Shown: positions 1 through 9,520 of the stretch, one piece after another
Layout: every line of letters starts with the position of its first letter
Position numbering within the stretch: the stretch's first letter is position 1
From: Chloroflexota bacterium
GTDB lineage: Bacteria > Chloroflexota > Anaerolineae > Aggregatilineales > J027
Assembly: GCA_022616515.1 (NCBI GenBank)
Contig: JAKEEQ010000204.1
Span: 1 to 46,365, forward strand
Length of the DNA stretch: 46,365 nt
Direction: 5' to 3'
Notes under the pieces: generated by a model
Seen by the model: the letters and a program-made list of their open reading frames with translations, nothing else
The model's database searches: none
What the model was told of the DNA's origin: nothing
Made by a program: the position numbers and the translations under genes

Positions 1-2
1 AA

Positions 3-104
3 GCCATCGCCCGCGCCGCCTACAGTGCCGACGAGGTATATAATGACCTGCGCGAGTCGCTGGTGATTGATGAATTAGCTGAACATTACCCCGACCGCCG
101 CTGA
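3..104 (+). CDS. 3' end of an unidentified CDS truncated by the window edge
   Basis: Open frame AIARAAYSADEVYNDLRESLVIDELAEHYPDRR-TGA(102-104). It abuts the stop of the convergent MaoC gene (105-107) exactly. Too short to assign. Confidence 0.45.
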   Translation, partial: AIARAAYSADEVYNDLRESLVIDELAEHYPDRR

Positions 105-500
105 TTAGGGAGCCTTAACCACCGCTTCCCCTTCAAGCACAGTCTCGCCGTCCTGATTGGTAATCACCGTGTCAAATGTGATGATGTTGCTGCGTTCTTT
201 AATTGCCTTGATGGTGCAGGTGGCGATGATCGTATCCCCGATATAAACAGGTTTGGTGAATTTCAGCGTCTGGTTGAGGTAAATCGTGCCCGGACCGGGC
301 AGGTCATTGGCGAGCACCGCCGAAATCAAGCTGGCCGTGAGCATCCCATGCGCGATACGTTCTCCGAACATGCTCGCTTTCGCATATTCATCATCAAGAT
401 GAACGGGATTCGTGTCGGTGGAAATCGTCGCAAAACCACGAATATCGTCATCGGTGATGGTTTTGGTGCGGCTGGCACTGGCTCCTATTTCGTAGGCCAT
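105..500 (-). CDS. MaoC/PhaJ-family (R)-specific enoyl-CoA hydratase (hot-dog fold)
   Basis: Hydratase motif TDTNPVHLDDEYA...FGERIAHGML and PGPGTIYLNQTLKFTKPVYIGD; 131 aa. Confidence 0.9.
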   Translation of the reverse strand: MAYEIGASASRTKTITDDDIRGFATISTDTNPVHLDDEYAKASMFGERIAHGMLTASLISAVLANDLPGPGTIYLNQTLKFTKPVYIGDTIIATCTIKAIKERSNIITFDTVITNQDGETVLEGEAVVKAP

Positions 501-524
501 GATGGGGGTATCCTTTCAGAGCGC

Positions 525-552
525 AAAAATAAAAGGGTGGCTCTCACCACCC
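525..552 (-). terminator. Intrinsic terminator downstream of dnaN
   Basis: Minus strand GGGTGG-TGAGAG-CCACCC followed by TTTTATTTTT, 13 bp after the dnaN stop. Confidence 0.6.
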
Positions 553-565
553 CGATACTATCAAC

Positions 566-1705
566 TTACTGCCCAACTTGCATCGGCATGATGACATACA
601 GGAACTGCTCCCGTTCATCACGTCCCAGCGGGCGTATCACCCCCGGATCAGATGACGTGTTGGTTTCCAAAAGTATCTGGTCATCACGCAGCACATTTAG
701 CACATCAATCAGATAACGAATGTTGAAGGAAATCTCGACACCAGTGCCTTCAATCGTCGCGTCAATCATGCTGGTGTTGTCGCCCATCTCATTCGATTGG
801 GCACTGACATTGACTGCCCCCGGTCCGCCATCACTCGACGGTTCAACGCGCAGCCGGGCAATATTCGAGTTGTCACGGGCAAAAATCTCGGAACGCTTAC
901 AGGCTCGCAAAAACTCATCACGGTACAGAAATGTTTCGGTGCTGTGATTTGCCGGGATGATCCGTTCGTACTCCGGGAATGAGCCTTCAATCAGGTTCGA
1001 GATGACGTCAATATCACCCATATGGAACATAATCTGGTTACGTCCATCCGGCACACTGACGAAGACTTCATCTTCATCATCAATGATCTTTTCAATTTCA
1101 ACTAAGGTACGAGCCGGGATAATAATTTCTAGCTCTTCACCAACCTCAAAGTCGAGCGTGGTCTTGCGCACGGTCAGACGAAAACCATCCGCCGACGCCA
1201 TAGTTAAGGTGTTGCCTGAGAAATTGGTGTAGATGCCGGTCAATACGGGGCGATTATCTTCGCGGGCCGCCGAAAAGGCCACTTCAGAGATCATATGTTT
1301 CAGCACTTCGCCAGGAATAACAATCTTGGCATTCGGATCGGCTTCAGGAACCAGCGGAAATTCTTCGGCGGGAATACCGCGCAGATTGGTATCCGTACCG
1401 CCACACTGCAAATTAATCGTCTGGTTACGGGTATTGAGTTCCATGTCAATCCGTTCAGGCGACAGATTGCTGGTCAGGTCATAAAAGGTACGGGCTGGCA
1501 CCGTTACCGAGCCATCTTCCTCGACTTTCGCACCTACCCACATGGAGATACTGAGTTCAAGATCGGTCGCGGACAGCTTCAAACGCCCATCTTCTGTCGC
1601 CAGAAGCACATTTGAAAGCACAGGTAAAGTCGGTCGGGAGTTCACGGCACGGTTGACGATGCTTAAGCCGCGAACCAGATTTTCTTGTAGAACTGATACG
1701 CGCAT
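566..1705 (-). CDS. dnaN: DNA polymerase III beta sliding clamp
   Basis: LPVLSNVLL, LSATDLE, SADGFRL, GSFPEYERIIP, ISFNIRYLIDVL and C-terminal YVIMPM are beta-clamp signatures; 379 aa. Confidence 0.97.
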   Translation of the reverse strand: MRVSVLQENLVRGLSIVNRAVNSRPTLPVLSNVLLATEDGRLKLSATDLELSISMWVGAKVEEDGSVTVPARTFYDLTSNLSPERIDMELNTRNQTINLQCGGTDTNLRGIPAEEFPLVPEADPNAKIVIPGEVLKHMISEVAFSAAREDNRPVLTGIYTNFSGNTLTMASADGFRLTVRKTTLDFEVGEELEIIIPARTLVEIEKIIDDEDEVFVSVPDGRNQIMFHMGDIDVISNLIEGSFPEYERIIPANHSTETFLYRDEFLRACKRSEIFARDNSNIARLRVEPSSDGGPGAVNVSAQSNEMGDNTSMIDATIEGTGVEISFNIRYLIDVLNVLRDDQILLETNTSSDPGVIRPLGRDEREQFLYVIMPMQVGQ

Positions 1706-1753
1706 ATGTTTTTTCGCCTTTTACATGCATTTTTGGCAGGGGTTCAAATGGTC

Positions 1754-1781
1754 ATTATACTTGTGCGTAAGGGGTATGCAA
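1754..1781 (-). promoter_or_regulatory. Sigma70-type promoter of dnaN
   Basis: Minus strand TTGCAT-16 bp-TATAAT, about 50 bp upstream of the dnaN ATG. Confidence 0.6.
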
Positions 1782-1847
1782 GGGGCATTCGCTCTAATGT
1801 TCTAACAGGTTAAAATTGGATATAGTAGCAGTTAGGTATCAATTTCT

Positions 1848-4172
1848 ATGCAAAGAGAATGGCGATACACAAGCGCCGTACAGTTAGAAGACTTGAAAAT
1901 CCCGGATTGGTCTCTGCCCGGCGGCGCACTTTCACCCGAATTGATGGCAGTGGTCTATACACGCGGCTTCAAAACTGAGGATGAGGTAGCCGCGTTTCTG
2001 ATGCCGGAGCGTTATCAACCCACGCTCCCCACTGAACTACCGGGGATGGAAAAAGCAATTCGCACCATTCGCAGACTGCGCCCCGGCGACAAAATTCTGG
2101 TCTGGGGTGACTTTGATGTAGACGGCATGACCTCAGCCGCCATGCTGGTTGAAGGTCTCAAGAAGATTGGCTTTGATGTCGTCGCGCACATCCCGAAACG
2201 TACCGAAGGGCATGGCGTCCACCTCGACAGTCTGCGTGACATCGTCGCTGAGAATGAACCAGCCCTTGTCCTCATCTGCGATACGGGGTCTGATGCTATT
2301 GATGAAGTGGAATATCTGCGTGACCGTGACATTCTGACCATCATCGCTGACCATCATCACATCAGCCCGCCTATGCCTCGTGCCGACGCCATCATCAATC
2401 CACGGTTGCTCCGCGAGGGCACTCATCCGCTCATTCACCTGTCGGGGGCCGGTGTCTGTTATCTCTTTCTGGAAGCCCTGTTTCTGGAATACGGTCATAA
2501 ACGCGAGGCCGAGAAATTTCTGGACCTTGTCGCGCTGGGCCTCATCGCCGACGTCGTCCGGCAGGTTGATGATGTCCGCTATCTTATTCAACGCGGGCTG
2601 CGTGCCCTGCGAACCACTGAACGCGCTGGCCTTCAGGCACTGGCTGCACAGCTTGATATTGAACTCGTGAACTTGACCAGCAAAGATATTGCCTTTACCT
2701 TTGCTCCTGCCATCAACGCCTTCGGGCGGCTGGATGATGCAGCCCTGGGTTTAGAATTATTGACCACTAAGGATACCACTCGTGCTCAATATCTGGCCGG
2801 GGTTGCCGACAGCCTCAATCAGAAACGCAAGATGATGACGCAGCAAATCACGGATGCTGCCGAAAGGATGATCAGCGACAATCCATCGCTGGTCGAAGAG
2901 TGGGAGGCGCTCGTTTTGCACAGTCCCGGCTGGGATGGCAGTATGCTTGGCCCGGTGGCAGCACGACTTGCCGACAAATATCAGAAGCCTGTGGCGCTGT
3001 TGGTTGAAAAAGAGAATGGTATCGCCAGCGGATCGGTACGCAGCATTGACAACTACCCGGTGGATGAAGCCCTCAAAATCCTGGATGATGTGCTTATCAC
3101 CTACGGTGGACACGAAGGGGCAGGCGGTATGTCATTATATCTAGACGAGTTGCCCGCTCTACGTCGGAAGTTATCGAATGCCTTTGCCAGTGTGCGCCAA
3201 CCCGGTGCTGATACCGCACTCATGATTGAGGGCTTGCTGCCACTCGAACGCTTAACGCTCGATTTTGCGTTGGAAGTGCAGCGGTTGGCTCCGTTTGGCA
3301 GCGGCAATGACGCGCCGGTATTTGTCACTCGTGATCTGGAGATGCGCAGCGTCGCCAAATTGGGGCGCAACGACGAACACCGCCGTCTGATTGTCGAAAA
3401 TCGAGATGGGCAGCGCCAGCATGTTTTCTGGTGGAGCAGCAGCGACCTCGATCTGCCCGACCGCCGCTTTGATCTGGCCTACACATTGAACGTATCAACC
3501 TTCAAGGGTGAACGCCAGATGCAAATTGAACTGGTCGATTTGCATCTACTGACCGGTGAAGATACTGCGTCAGAAAGCGCCCTCGAAATCCTCGATTATC
3601 GTGATGTGGACAATATTCAGGCCGTCCTTGAGGAAATTTATGCAAGAGATACACGGGCCATTGTCTGGGCTGAGGGCTTTTCAACCTCAAATTCACCGGG
3701 CTTAACCTTTAGCGATCTTGCCGAAGCCGATGCCCTCGTCATCCTGAGTGCGCCTGCCGACCCGACCCAGTTCGAAAAAGCCGTCGAGAAGGTAAAACCG
3801 CATCGAATTTATCTGGTGGCCGTTGACCCGCCCATCAACACGCTGCCCGACTTTCTCAAGATGCTCTATGGCCTTGCCAGCAAGGTCATCGACGACGCCG
3901 GGGGCACGGTTAACATTCAAAAATTCATGGAGCGCCTGGCCCAATCCAGAGCGGTTATCCAACTTGGACTGCACTATCTGGAGGCACTGGGCAAAATCCG
4001 CGTTGAATTCGGGGAACGCACCCGGATTGACCTCGAACGTGGCAACGGCATGCCTTCCGGTGAAGCAGACGGTGTTGAACGCCGCCTGCGAGCTGCATGG
4101 GAAGAAGTGGAGACCTACCGCCGCTATCTGCGCCGGGTCGATATTGACCAGTTGCTGAAAGGCATTGAATGA
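1848..4172 (+). CDS. recJ: Single-stranded-DNA-specific exonuclease RecJ with C-terminal extension
   Basis: DHH-family motifs WGDFDVDG, ICDTG, IIADHH, LSGAGV, LGLIADV, PAINAFGRL, GSVRS, GGHEGAGG, LAPFGSGN; 774 aa. Confidence 0.93.
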   Translation: MQREWRYTSAVQLEDLKIPDWSLPGGALSPELMAVVYTRGFKTEDEVAAFLMPERYQPTLPTELPGMEKAIRTIRRLRPGDKILVWGDFDVDGMTSAAMLVEGLKKIGFDVVAHIPKRTEGHGVHLDSLRDIVAENEPALVLICDTGSDAIDEVEYLRDRDILTIIADHHHISPPMPRADAIINPRLLREGTHPLIHLSGAGVCYLFLEALFLEYGHKREAEKFLDLVALGLIADVVRQVDDVRYLIQRGLRALRTTERAGLQALAAQLDIELVNLTSKDIAFTFAPAINAFGRLDDAALGLELLTTKDTTRAQYLAGVADSLNQKRKMMTQQITDAAERMISDNPSLVEEWEALVLHSPGWDGSMLGPVAARLADKYQKPVALLVEKENGIASGSVRSIDNYPVDEALKILDDVLITYGGHEGAGGMSLYLDELPALRRKLSNAFASVRQPGADTALMIEGLLPLERLTLDFALEVQRLAPFGSGNDAPVFVTRDLEMRSVAKLGRNDEHRRLIVENRDGQRQHVFWWSSSDLDLPDRRFDLAYTLNVSTFKGERQMQIELVDLHLLTGEDTASESALEILDYRDVDNIQAVLEEIYARDTRAIVWAEGFSTSNSPGLTFSDLAEADALVILSAPADPTQFEKAVEKVKPHRIYLVAVDPPINTLPDFLKMLYGLASKVIDDAGGTVNIQKFMERLAQSRAVIQLGLHYLEALGKIRVEFGERTRIDLERGNGMPSGEADGVERRLRAAWEEVETYRRYLRRVDIDQLLKGIE

Positions 4173-4789
4173 GCATCTACCGCATACCCCGCCAGACTAC
4201 CCGTGTTGAATATGTTGTGTCGAATTCACGCTTCATTGGCACCATTGGTCGGGCGGACACCGTTGATGACGCCAGGGCATTTATTCAAGCCGTGCGTGAC
4301 GAAATGCCTGATGCCAGTCATCATGTCTATGCTTTCATTGTGGGTTATGGGGCCAGCGTTATCGAGGGCATGAGCGACGATGGGGAGCCATCCGGCACAT
4401 CCGGCCCTCCCACGCTGGCGGTGCTGCGGGGTGCTGATATTGGCGACATCGTCGTGGTCATCACCCGCTATTTCGGCGGCACGAAGCTTGGCACTGGCGG
4501 ACTGGTTCGCGCCTACAGCCAGACGGCCCGTGATGCCATTGCTGCCCTTGAAACCGAGCTTAAAATCAACCGAATCGTGGCCGGAATCGAAGTGCCATAT
4601 CCACTCTACGAACGGGTCAAGTTTCTGATTGAGGAGTACGAGATTGATGTCACGGACGAGGATTTTGCAGCAGATGTTACCTTGATGCTGAAAATTCCAG
4701 AGCACCGTCTTGGACCATTTAGGGATGCCCTGCAAGAGTTATCTGCCGGGCAGGTAGAGCCTACGATTTTCGAGGATGAGGAAGTATAA
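4169..4789 (+). CDS. yigZ: YigZ/IMPACT family protein
   Basis: SRFIG, DASHHVYAF, SDDGEPSGTSG, VITRYFGGTKLGTGGLVRAY; ATGA overlap with recJ. Confidence 0.93.
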   Translation: MSIYRIPRQTTRVEYVVSNSRFIGTIGRADTVDDARAFIQAVRDEMPDASHHVYAFIVGYGASVIEGMSDDGEPSGTSGPPTLAVLRGADIGDIVVVITRYFGGTKLGTGGLVRAYSQTARDAIAALETELKINRIVAGIEVPYPLYERVKFLIEEYEIDVTDEDFAADVTLMLKIPEHRLGPFRDALQELSAGQVEPTIFEDEEV

Positions 4790-6590
4790 CCGTAAACGTC
4801 GAACCCTTACCTTTGCCTTGACTCTCAGCCCTGATGGTCCCGTTCATGCCTTCCACCAGCATCTTCACAATCGCCAATCCAAGACCAGTCGAACGTTCTC
4901 TCCCGGTGGGCCGGGCACTGAGTGTTATGAATTCGTTGAAGACCATCTCCAGATCTTCTTCTGTCATCCCCAGCCCTTCATCGCGAATGATAATGCTGAC
5001 TTGCTCTTCATCGTCGATGCTGACAAAAATGTTGTTGCCCGGTTCGGTATATTTAACGGCGTTAGACACGAGATTATCCAGCACCCGGCGCAGCGCTACC
5101 TCATCGGCCAGCACTTCTGTCACATGTCCATCCAGGAACTGATGAATCTGAATATCCTTTTCGCGGGCCTTCTCGCGATACGCCTCCACAACCTGTAAGG
5201 CCAGCGGAACGGGATTAATGCTGTTCAGATCGAATTGCCCTTTGCCAGATTTTAACAGCCGCAAATCGAGAATTTGCGTGACGGTTTGTGTCATTGCATT
5301 GGCCGTATCGATCATCGCATCCAGTCGCTGGCGGATTTTGTCAGGTGGGAGCGTCTCAAAGTAGTTACGGATCATATCTGCGTTCATCTGGATGCTGCTT
5401 AGAGGTCCCTGAAGATCATGCGCCACGACCTTCAAGAAGTTGTTTTTCTCATTGTCAATGCGCTCAAGCGTCCGGTTCATTTCTGCCAGTTCAATGTTCC
5501 GCAGTCGATAAATCTCCGCATCCCGCGACTGCTTGTCGGCGTCAAATTGCGCTTGCAAGCGGTCCAATTCCTGACGTTTGGCCTCGGACAATACGTCATC
5601 CTTTAACTGCGAATACTGCTTGAAGTAAGCCAGTGCCTCCTCAAAATTGTGTTCGGCTTCACACAACTCAGCCAGTGCCTTATAACTCGCCATCTCTGTC
5701 CACTCGTCACTGTTGTTCTTCGCAATCTCCAGCCCGGTTTCCAGATGTTCCCCCGCCATTTCATAATCGTGCATCACTGTTTGCACCAACCCAAGATTGA
5801 GGTATATGGAGGGCAGCAAATCCCTGTATCCGGTTTCTTCGGCCAGTTCCAGTGCCTGCATATAAGCTTCCAGTGCTTCCTCATATCGTTCAAGCCGGTA
5901 GCAGGTCTCTCCTAGATGAACGAGATCGCGGGCAAGAGTCATTTTATTGCCGCTTTTACGAGCGACTTCAATAGATTTGTGCCGGTAGTCCAAACTTTTT
6001 TCCAGTTCCCCCAGATGACTATAGACGCTGCCAATATCGCTATAAATCAGGCTCAGATTATCCATCCGCTCATGCTTCTCGGCTAGAGCCTGTGCCTTAA
6101 GATAAGCATCCAGTGCATTCTCAAAATCCTCGATCTTCAAGTAGAGACTTCCCAGATTAGTATGGGATGACAGAAGCCCGTTTTCGTCGTCGGCATCCTC
6201 CCATGAGCTGAGTGCCATCAACTGGTAATTGAGTGCCTGCTCGTAGTCGCCTTTGTTGTCGAAAATTACACCAAATTGACTGTAAACCTCGGCAGCACCA
6301 CGTTTATCATCAAGCTCATTATAAAATTCAAGAGCCGATTCGTAGGCCCGCAGCGCATCATTCAGTTCGCCAGTTATCCGGTGATACAGCCCAAGTAACG
6401 CATAACTCTGTGCCAGTGCGTGCGCGTCCTCAAACGCAGTGCCTAACTGTATCGCTTCATCAAGGTAGGGTCGCATTTCCTGGGGATTGTGTCCGGATAG
6501 GTGTTCCGCGATGTCCAGTAACGTGGCAATACGATCTTTGCCTGTGGCAGAGGATAGTTGTTGGCTATTTAGATAGTCCAGATCACTCAT
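4761..6590 (-). CDS. TPR-repeat sensor histidine kinase
   Basis: About 8 TPR-like repeats, then H-box VVAHDLQGPL, N-box LDNLVSNAVKYT, G1 DEGLGM, G2 STGLGLAIV. No TM segment seen. 29-bp convergent overlap with yigZ. Confidence 0.9.
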   Translation of the reverse strand: MSDLDYLNSQQLSSATGKDRIATLLDIAEHLSGHNPQEMRPYLDEAIQLGTAFEDAHALAQSYALLGLYHRITGELNDALRAYESALEFYNELDDKRGAAEVYSQFGVIFDNKGDYEQALNYQLMALSSWEDADDENGLLSSHTNLGSLYLKIEDFENALDAYLKAQALAEKHERMDNLSLIYSDIGSVYSHLGELEKSLDYRHKSIEVARKSGNKMTLARDLVHLGETCYRLERYEEALEAYMQALELAEETGYRDLLPSIYLNLGLVQTVMHDYEMAGEHLETGLEIAKNNSDEWTEMASYKALAELCEAEHNFEEALAYFKQYSQLKDDVLSEAKRQELDRLQAQFDADKQSRDAEIYRLRNIELAEMNRTLERIDNEKNNFLKVVAHDLQGPLSSIQMNADMIRNYFETLPPDKIRQRLDAMIDTANAMTQTVTQILDLRLLKSGKGQFDLNSINPVPLALQVVEAYREKAREKDIQIHQFLDGHVTEVLADEVALRRVLDNLVSNAVKYTEPGNNIFVSIDDEEQVSIIIRDEGLGMTEEDLEMVFNEFITLSARPTGRERSTGLGLAIVKMLVEGMNGTIRAESQGKGKGSTFTVILPHPRKS

Positions 6591-6647
6591 CCATGTTTTT
6601 CCGGCGCGTACTCATTTATCGACACTATCATAGCGGCAAACCACATC

Positions 6648-8054
6648 TCAACGCAATTGTAGAGCGTTACCTTCTAGCGCAACCCAAACCGAGCGCGGAG
6701 GACCTTCTAACACAAACATCACGGGCGAGCCTGCTACCCGCACAATATCGCTTTCATCTGATTCGGCAGGTGTGGTTGGAATCACGTAAACATTTTCCCC
6801 ATTGATGCCAACACCAATGCGCGGTGTCTCCAGTGTGGTCCCTGAGACATCCATCAACGTGAACGTATCTTCGAAATCCGCTTCAATCCAGAAATCAACC
6901 GCCGTCGTATCGGCTGCCCACATCACATATACGGTTTCTTGCGGTTTTTCGATGACCACCAGTCGCCCATTTGCACTCCGATAACCATTGGCTGCCACCA
7001 ACGGCGTAAATTGCTCAATGACAAGTGCATACGAATTATAAGCTGGTCGCGCTGAGTTGTCTTCACGCAGGAGGCCATACGGCGGTGTTTCGCCTGCCAT
7101 AAAATTCGAGTCATACATTTTGTGGACCGCAATGCGATCCGCTCCGGCAGCCAGCCCCAACGCCGACGCTTGCACAATAAAATCGGCTTGATGTTCCAGC
7201 GAAATCGCCACTTCTGCCGTCTCCACCGGGGTCTCAGGGTCCAGTGTCGGCAGCGCATTCAGCTCTGTTATCCAGATTTCCTTATCTTCCAGCCCCGAGT
7301 CGCGCAAAATATCCCGTACCTGCACGGTTATATCCCCGGCGCTGTCGGTCGTTTCAACCACCCCGCCAATCGGTGTGCCGCGCAGTAAAATATTGACACC
7401 CACCGCATCAAAGAAAAAATCGTTTTCCGGCCCGAAGGGGTCCTCCAGCACCAGATCAATAAATTGCTTCAGAAAAAGCTCACGCTGTAGGACGACATCA
7501 TGCCACCATTCCAGTCCACCCGTGATCACTCTGGCTTCCGGGTCAAGTTCATTGATGGTGAGATAGGCAATTTTGATGAGACGGTAGTAATCGGCGGGGG
7601 TTCCCTCCCATGCCTGCGGATTATCGGGCGCATTCCAGATAATCCAGGTATGGATACCCCGCTCCGCCATTGGCGGGATGAATTGGCGCAAAAACACCGC
7701 CCATTGATTTTCCGGGTTATCATGCGGGTTATACAGGCCGACCGGCACTCCACCCACCGTCCCGGCATCCGATGCCCACACTGGCGTATTGACGATCATG
7801 CCGACAATCTCACGCTCGGTTGCCAGCCATTCATCCCGCAGAAACGCAATATCAAGGTCGCCGGGGCCGTTCGGCTGGATACGCGACCAGTCAAAGGTGA
7901 TGCGCTCCCAGCTTACCCCCAACTCTTGAGCCGCTGCGGGCCGCCAGTAACCCTCTACGATGCCAAATGGATTGCTGCCAGCTTCATCCTGTGCGCCCAG
8001 TGATGCCGGGAAAATAATAGCAATGAGCAATACAATAAAAATCAATCGTTTCAT
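6648..8054 (-). CDS. Secreted clan GH-A-like (GH39/GH5-like TIM barrel) protein with altered acid/base residue
   Basis: Signal peptide MKRLIFIVLL...LGA-QD (start taken at 8054 rather than 8084); WERITFDWSRIQP, WIIWNAPD, IWITELN motifs. Confidence 0.7.
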   Translation of the reverse strand: MKRLIFIVLLIAIIFPASLGAQDEAGSNPFGIVEGYWRPAAAQELGVSWERITFDWSRIQPNGPGDLDIAFLRDEWLATEREIVGMIVNTPVWASDAGTVGGVPVGLYNPHDNPENQWAVFLRQFIPPMAERGIHTWIIWNAPDNPQAWEGTPADYYRLIKIAYLTINELDPEARVITGGLEWWHDVVLQRELFLKQFIDLVLEDPFGPENDFFFDAVGVNILLRGTPIGGVVETTDSAGDITVQVRDILRDSGLEDKEIWITELNALPTLDPETPVETAEVAISLEHQADFIVQASALGLAAGADRIAVHKMYDSNFMAGETPPYGLLREDNSARPAYNSYALVIEQFTPLVAANGYRSANGRLVVIEKPQETVYVMWAADTTAVDFWIEADFEDTFTLMDVSGTTLETPRIGVGINGENVYVIPTTPAESDESDIVRVAGSPVMFVLEGPPRSVWVALEGNALQLR

Positions 8055-8101
8055 AGCGCGTACACGGTAAGTGCTGAATATCATTTACCAGTGTAGCGAA
8101 C

Positions 8102-8365
8102 TTACTCCCGCGCCGCGAGTTTCGTAGCCATATCGACGGAATACGCATCCCAATGCTGACCCCAATAAGAAACCTCGGTCTCAAATGGTCCTGTATACCA
8201 TTCTGCAACAAAATATTCGTTAGTGCGAGCAAAAATCGGGGCCACCGGAAATTCACCTTCAACACCAAATAATCCTTCCTCAATTTGGCGATAAAGTTCG
8301 ATCCTTAGCCGAGAATCAAATTGGGCAACAGTGACGTGTTGACTACTGAAACGGGCCAAGATCAA
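8102..8365 (-). pseudogene. Probable 3' remnant of a family-5 (peptide ABC) substrate-binding protein gene
   Basis: RIELYRQIEEGLFGVEGEFPVAPIF resembles the OppA-type C-terminal motif (R.ELY..IE..L....P..PI). There is no signal peptide or clear start, and an in-frame stop lies shortly upstream. Confidence 0.45.
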
Positions 8366-8620
8366 CCCATGTTCGTGCTCACCAATAGAATCACAGCTAT
8401 TCTGAACGCCCTTATTTCAAGTACCTATCTACTCAACCAGATCTTTTGATATCTTTCAATCATTCCGTCGTCGGGCTTCTGTGAATTGGTTGGACATGGG
8501 CAAGGGCAGATAACCGCAAAATCAGTTACACTATGATATGTTTACCATCGGGACAACTTTAATGTCGCAAAGTACATAGAACACCATCCCCAGATGCTAG
8601 ATTGGGATATATAGACTACT

Positions 8621-9511
8621 ATGTTTGATTCAGTAGATGAAACCGTCAGTATTCTGCATGAGCATCAATATATTGCTGACATGGGACTGGGAACATGCCT
8701 GTTTCTAGCTTTAAAGATGGGTAAAGCTGTCTTCCTGGAAGGTGAACCCGGTGTTGGGAAAACAGAATTAGCGAAAGTGCTCAGTCAGGCTTTTGACACG
8801 CCGCTGATTCGGTTGCAATGTTATGAGGGTCTTGATATCAATCATGCCGTTTACGAGTGGAACTATCCCCGTCAGCTTCTGGAAATTCAGACACGACAGA
8901 ATCGCCCAAACAATCATACCGGGGTCACAGATGACATTTTTGCTGAGGAATTCCTGCTCAAACGTGCTTTGTTACAGGCAATTGACCAAAGTAATGAGCA
9001 GGCTCCTGTTTTGCTTATCGATGAACTAGACCGTGCCGATGAAGAGTTCGAGAGTTTTTTGCTGGAACTATTATCTGATTTTCAGATCACGATACCCGAA
9101 CTTGGCACAATACAGGCCAGACACCGCCCGATTGTCATTATCACGTCTAATCGAACTCGTGAGATTCATGATGCGCTGAAAAGGCGTTGTGTTTACTTCT
9201 GGATTGATTACCCGTCGCCCGACAAAGAAATCACAATTGTACAACTCAAAGTTCCCGGCATTTCTCAACAACTTTCGCAGCAGATTGTGAGTTTTATTCA
9301 ACAGGTGCGCGAACAGGATCTTTATAAAGCGCCGGGTGTCGCTGAAACACTTGATTGGGCCAGAGCTTTGGGGTATCTCAATGCCCAAACACTGGAATCT
9401 CATCTGATTGATGCCACACTCGGATTTATTTTGAAGTATCAGGATGATGTTGACAAGATTCGCGGCTCTGTTGCCGATTCCTTACTAGAACAAACACTTA
9501 AAGTGTCTTGA
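8621..9511 (+). CDS. coxD: CoxD, MoxR-family AAA+ ATPase for CODH maturation
   Basis: Walker A GEPGVGKT, IRLQCYEGLD, YEWNYPRQLL, Walker B LLIDELDRAD, PGVAETLDWA; cox context. Confidence 0.9.
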   Translation: MFDSVDETVSILHEHQYIADMGLGTCLFLALKMGKAVFLEGEPGVGKTELAKVLSQAFDTPLIRLQCYEGLDINHAVYEWNYPRQLLEIQTRQNRPNNHTGVTDDIFAEEFLLKRALLQAIDQSNEQAPVLLIDELDRADEEFESFLLELLSDFQITIPELGTIQARHRPIVIITSNRTREIHDALKRRCVYFWIDYPSPDKEITIVQLKVPGISQQLSQQIVSFIQQVREQDLYKAPGVAETLDWARALGYLNAQTLESHLIDATLGFILKYQDDVDKIRGSVADSLLEQTLKVS

Positions 9512-9520
9512 GCTAAGACC

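Noticed and set aside
500-1850. Replication origin near dnaN
   Set aside because: No dnaA gene and no DnaA-box cluster in the flanking intergenic regions.
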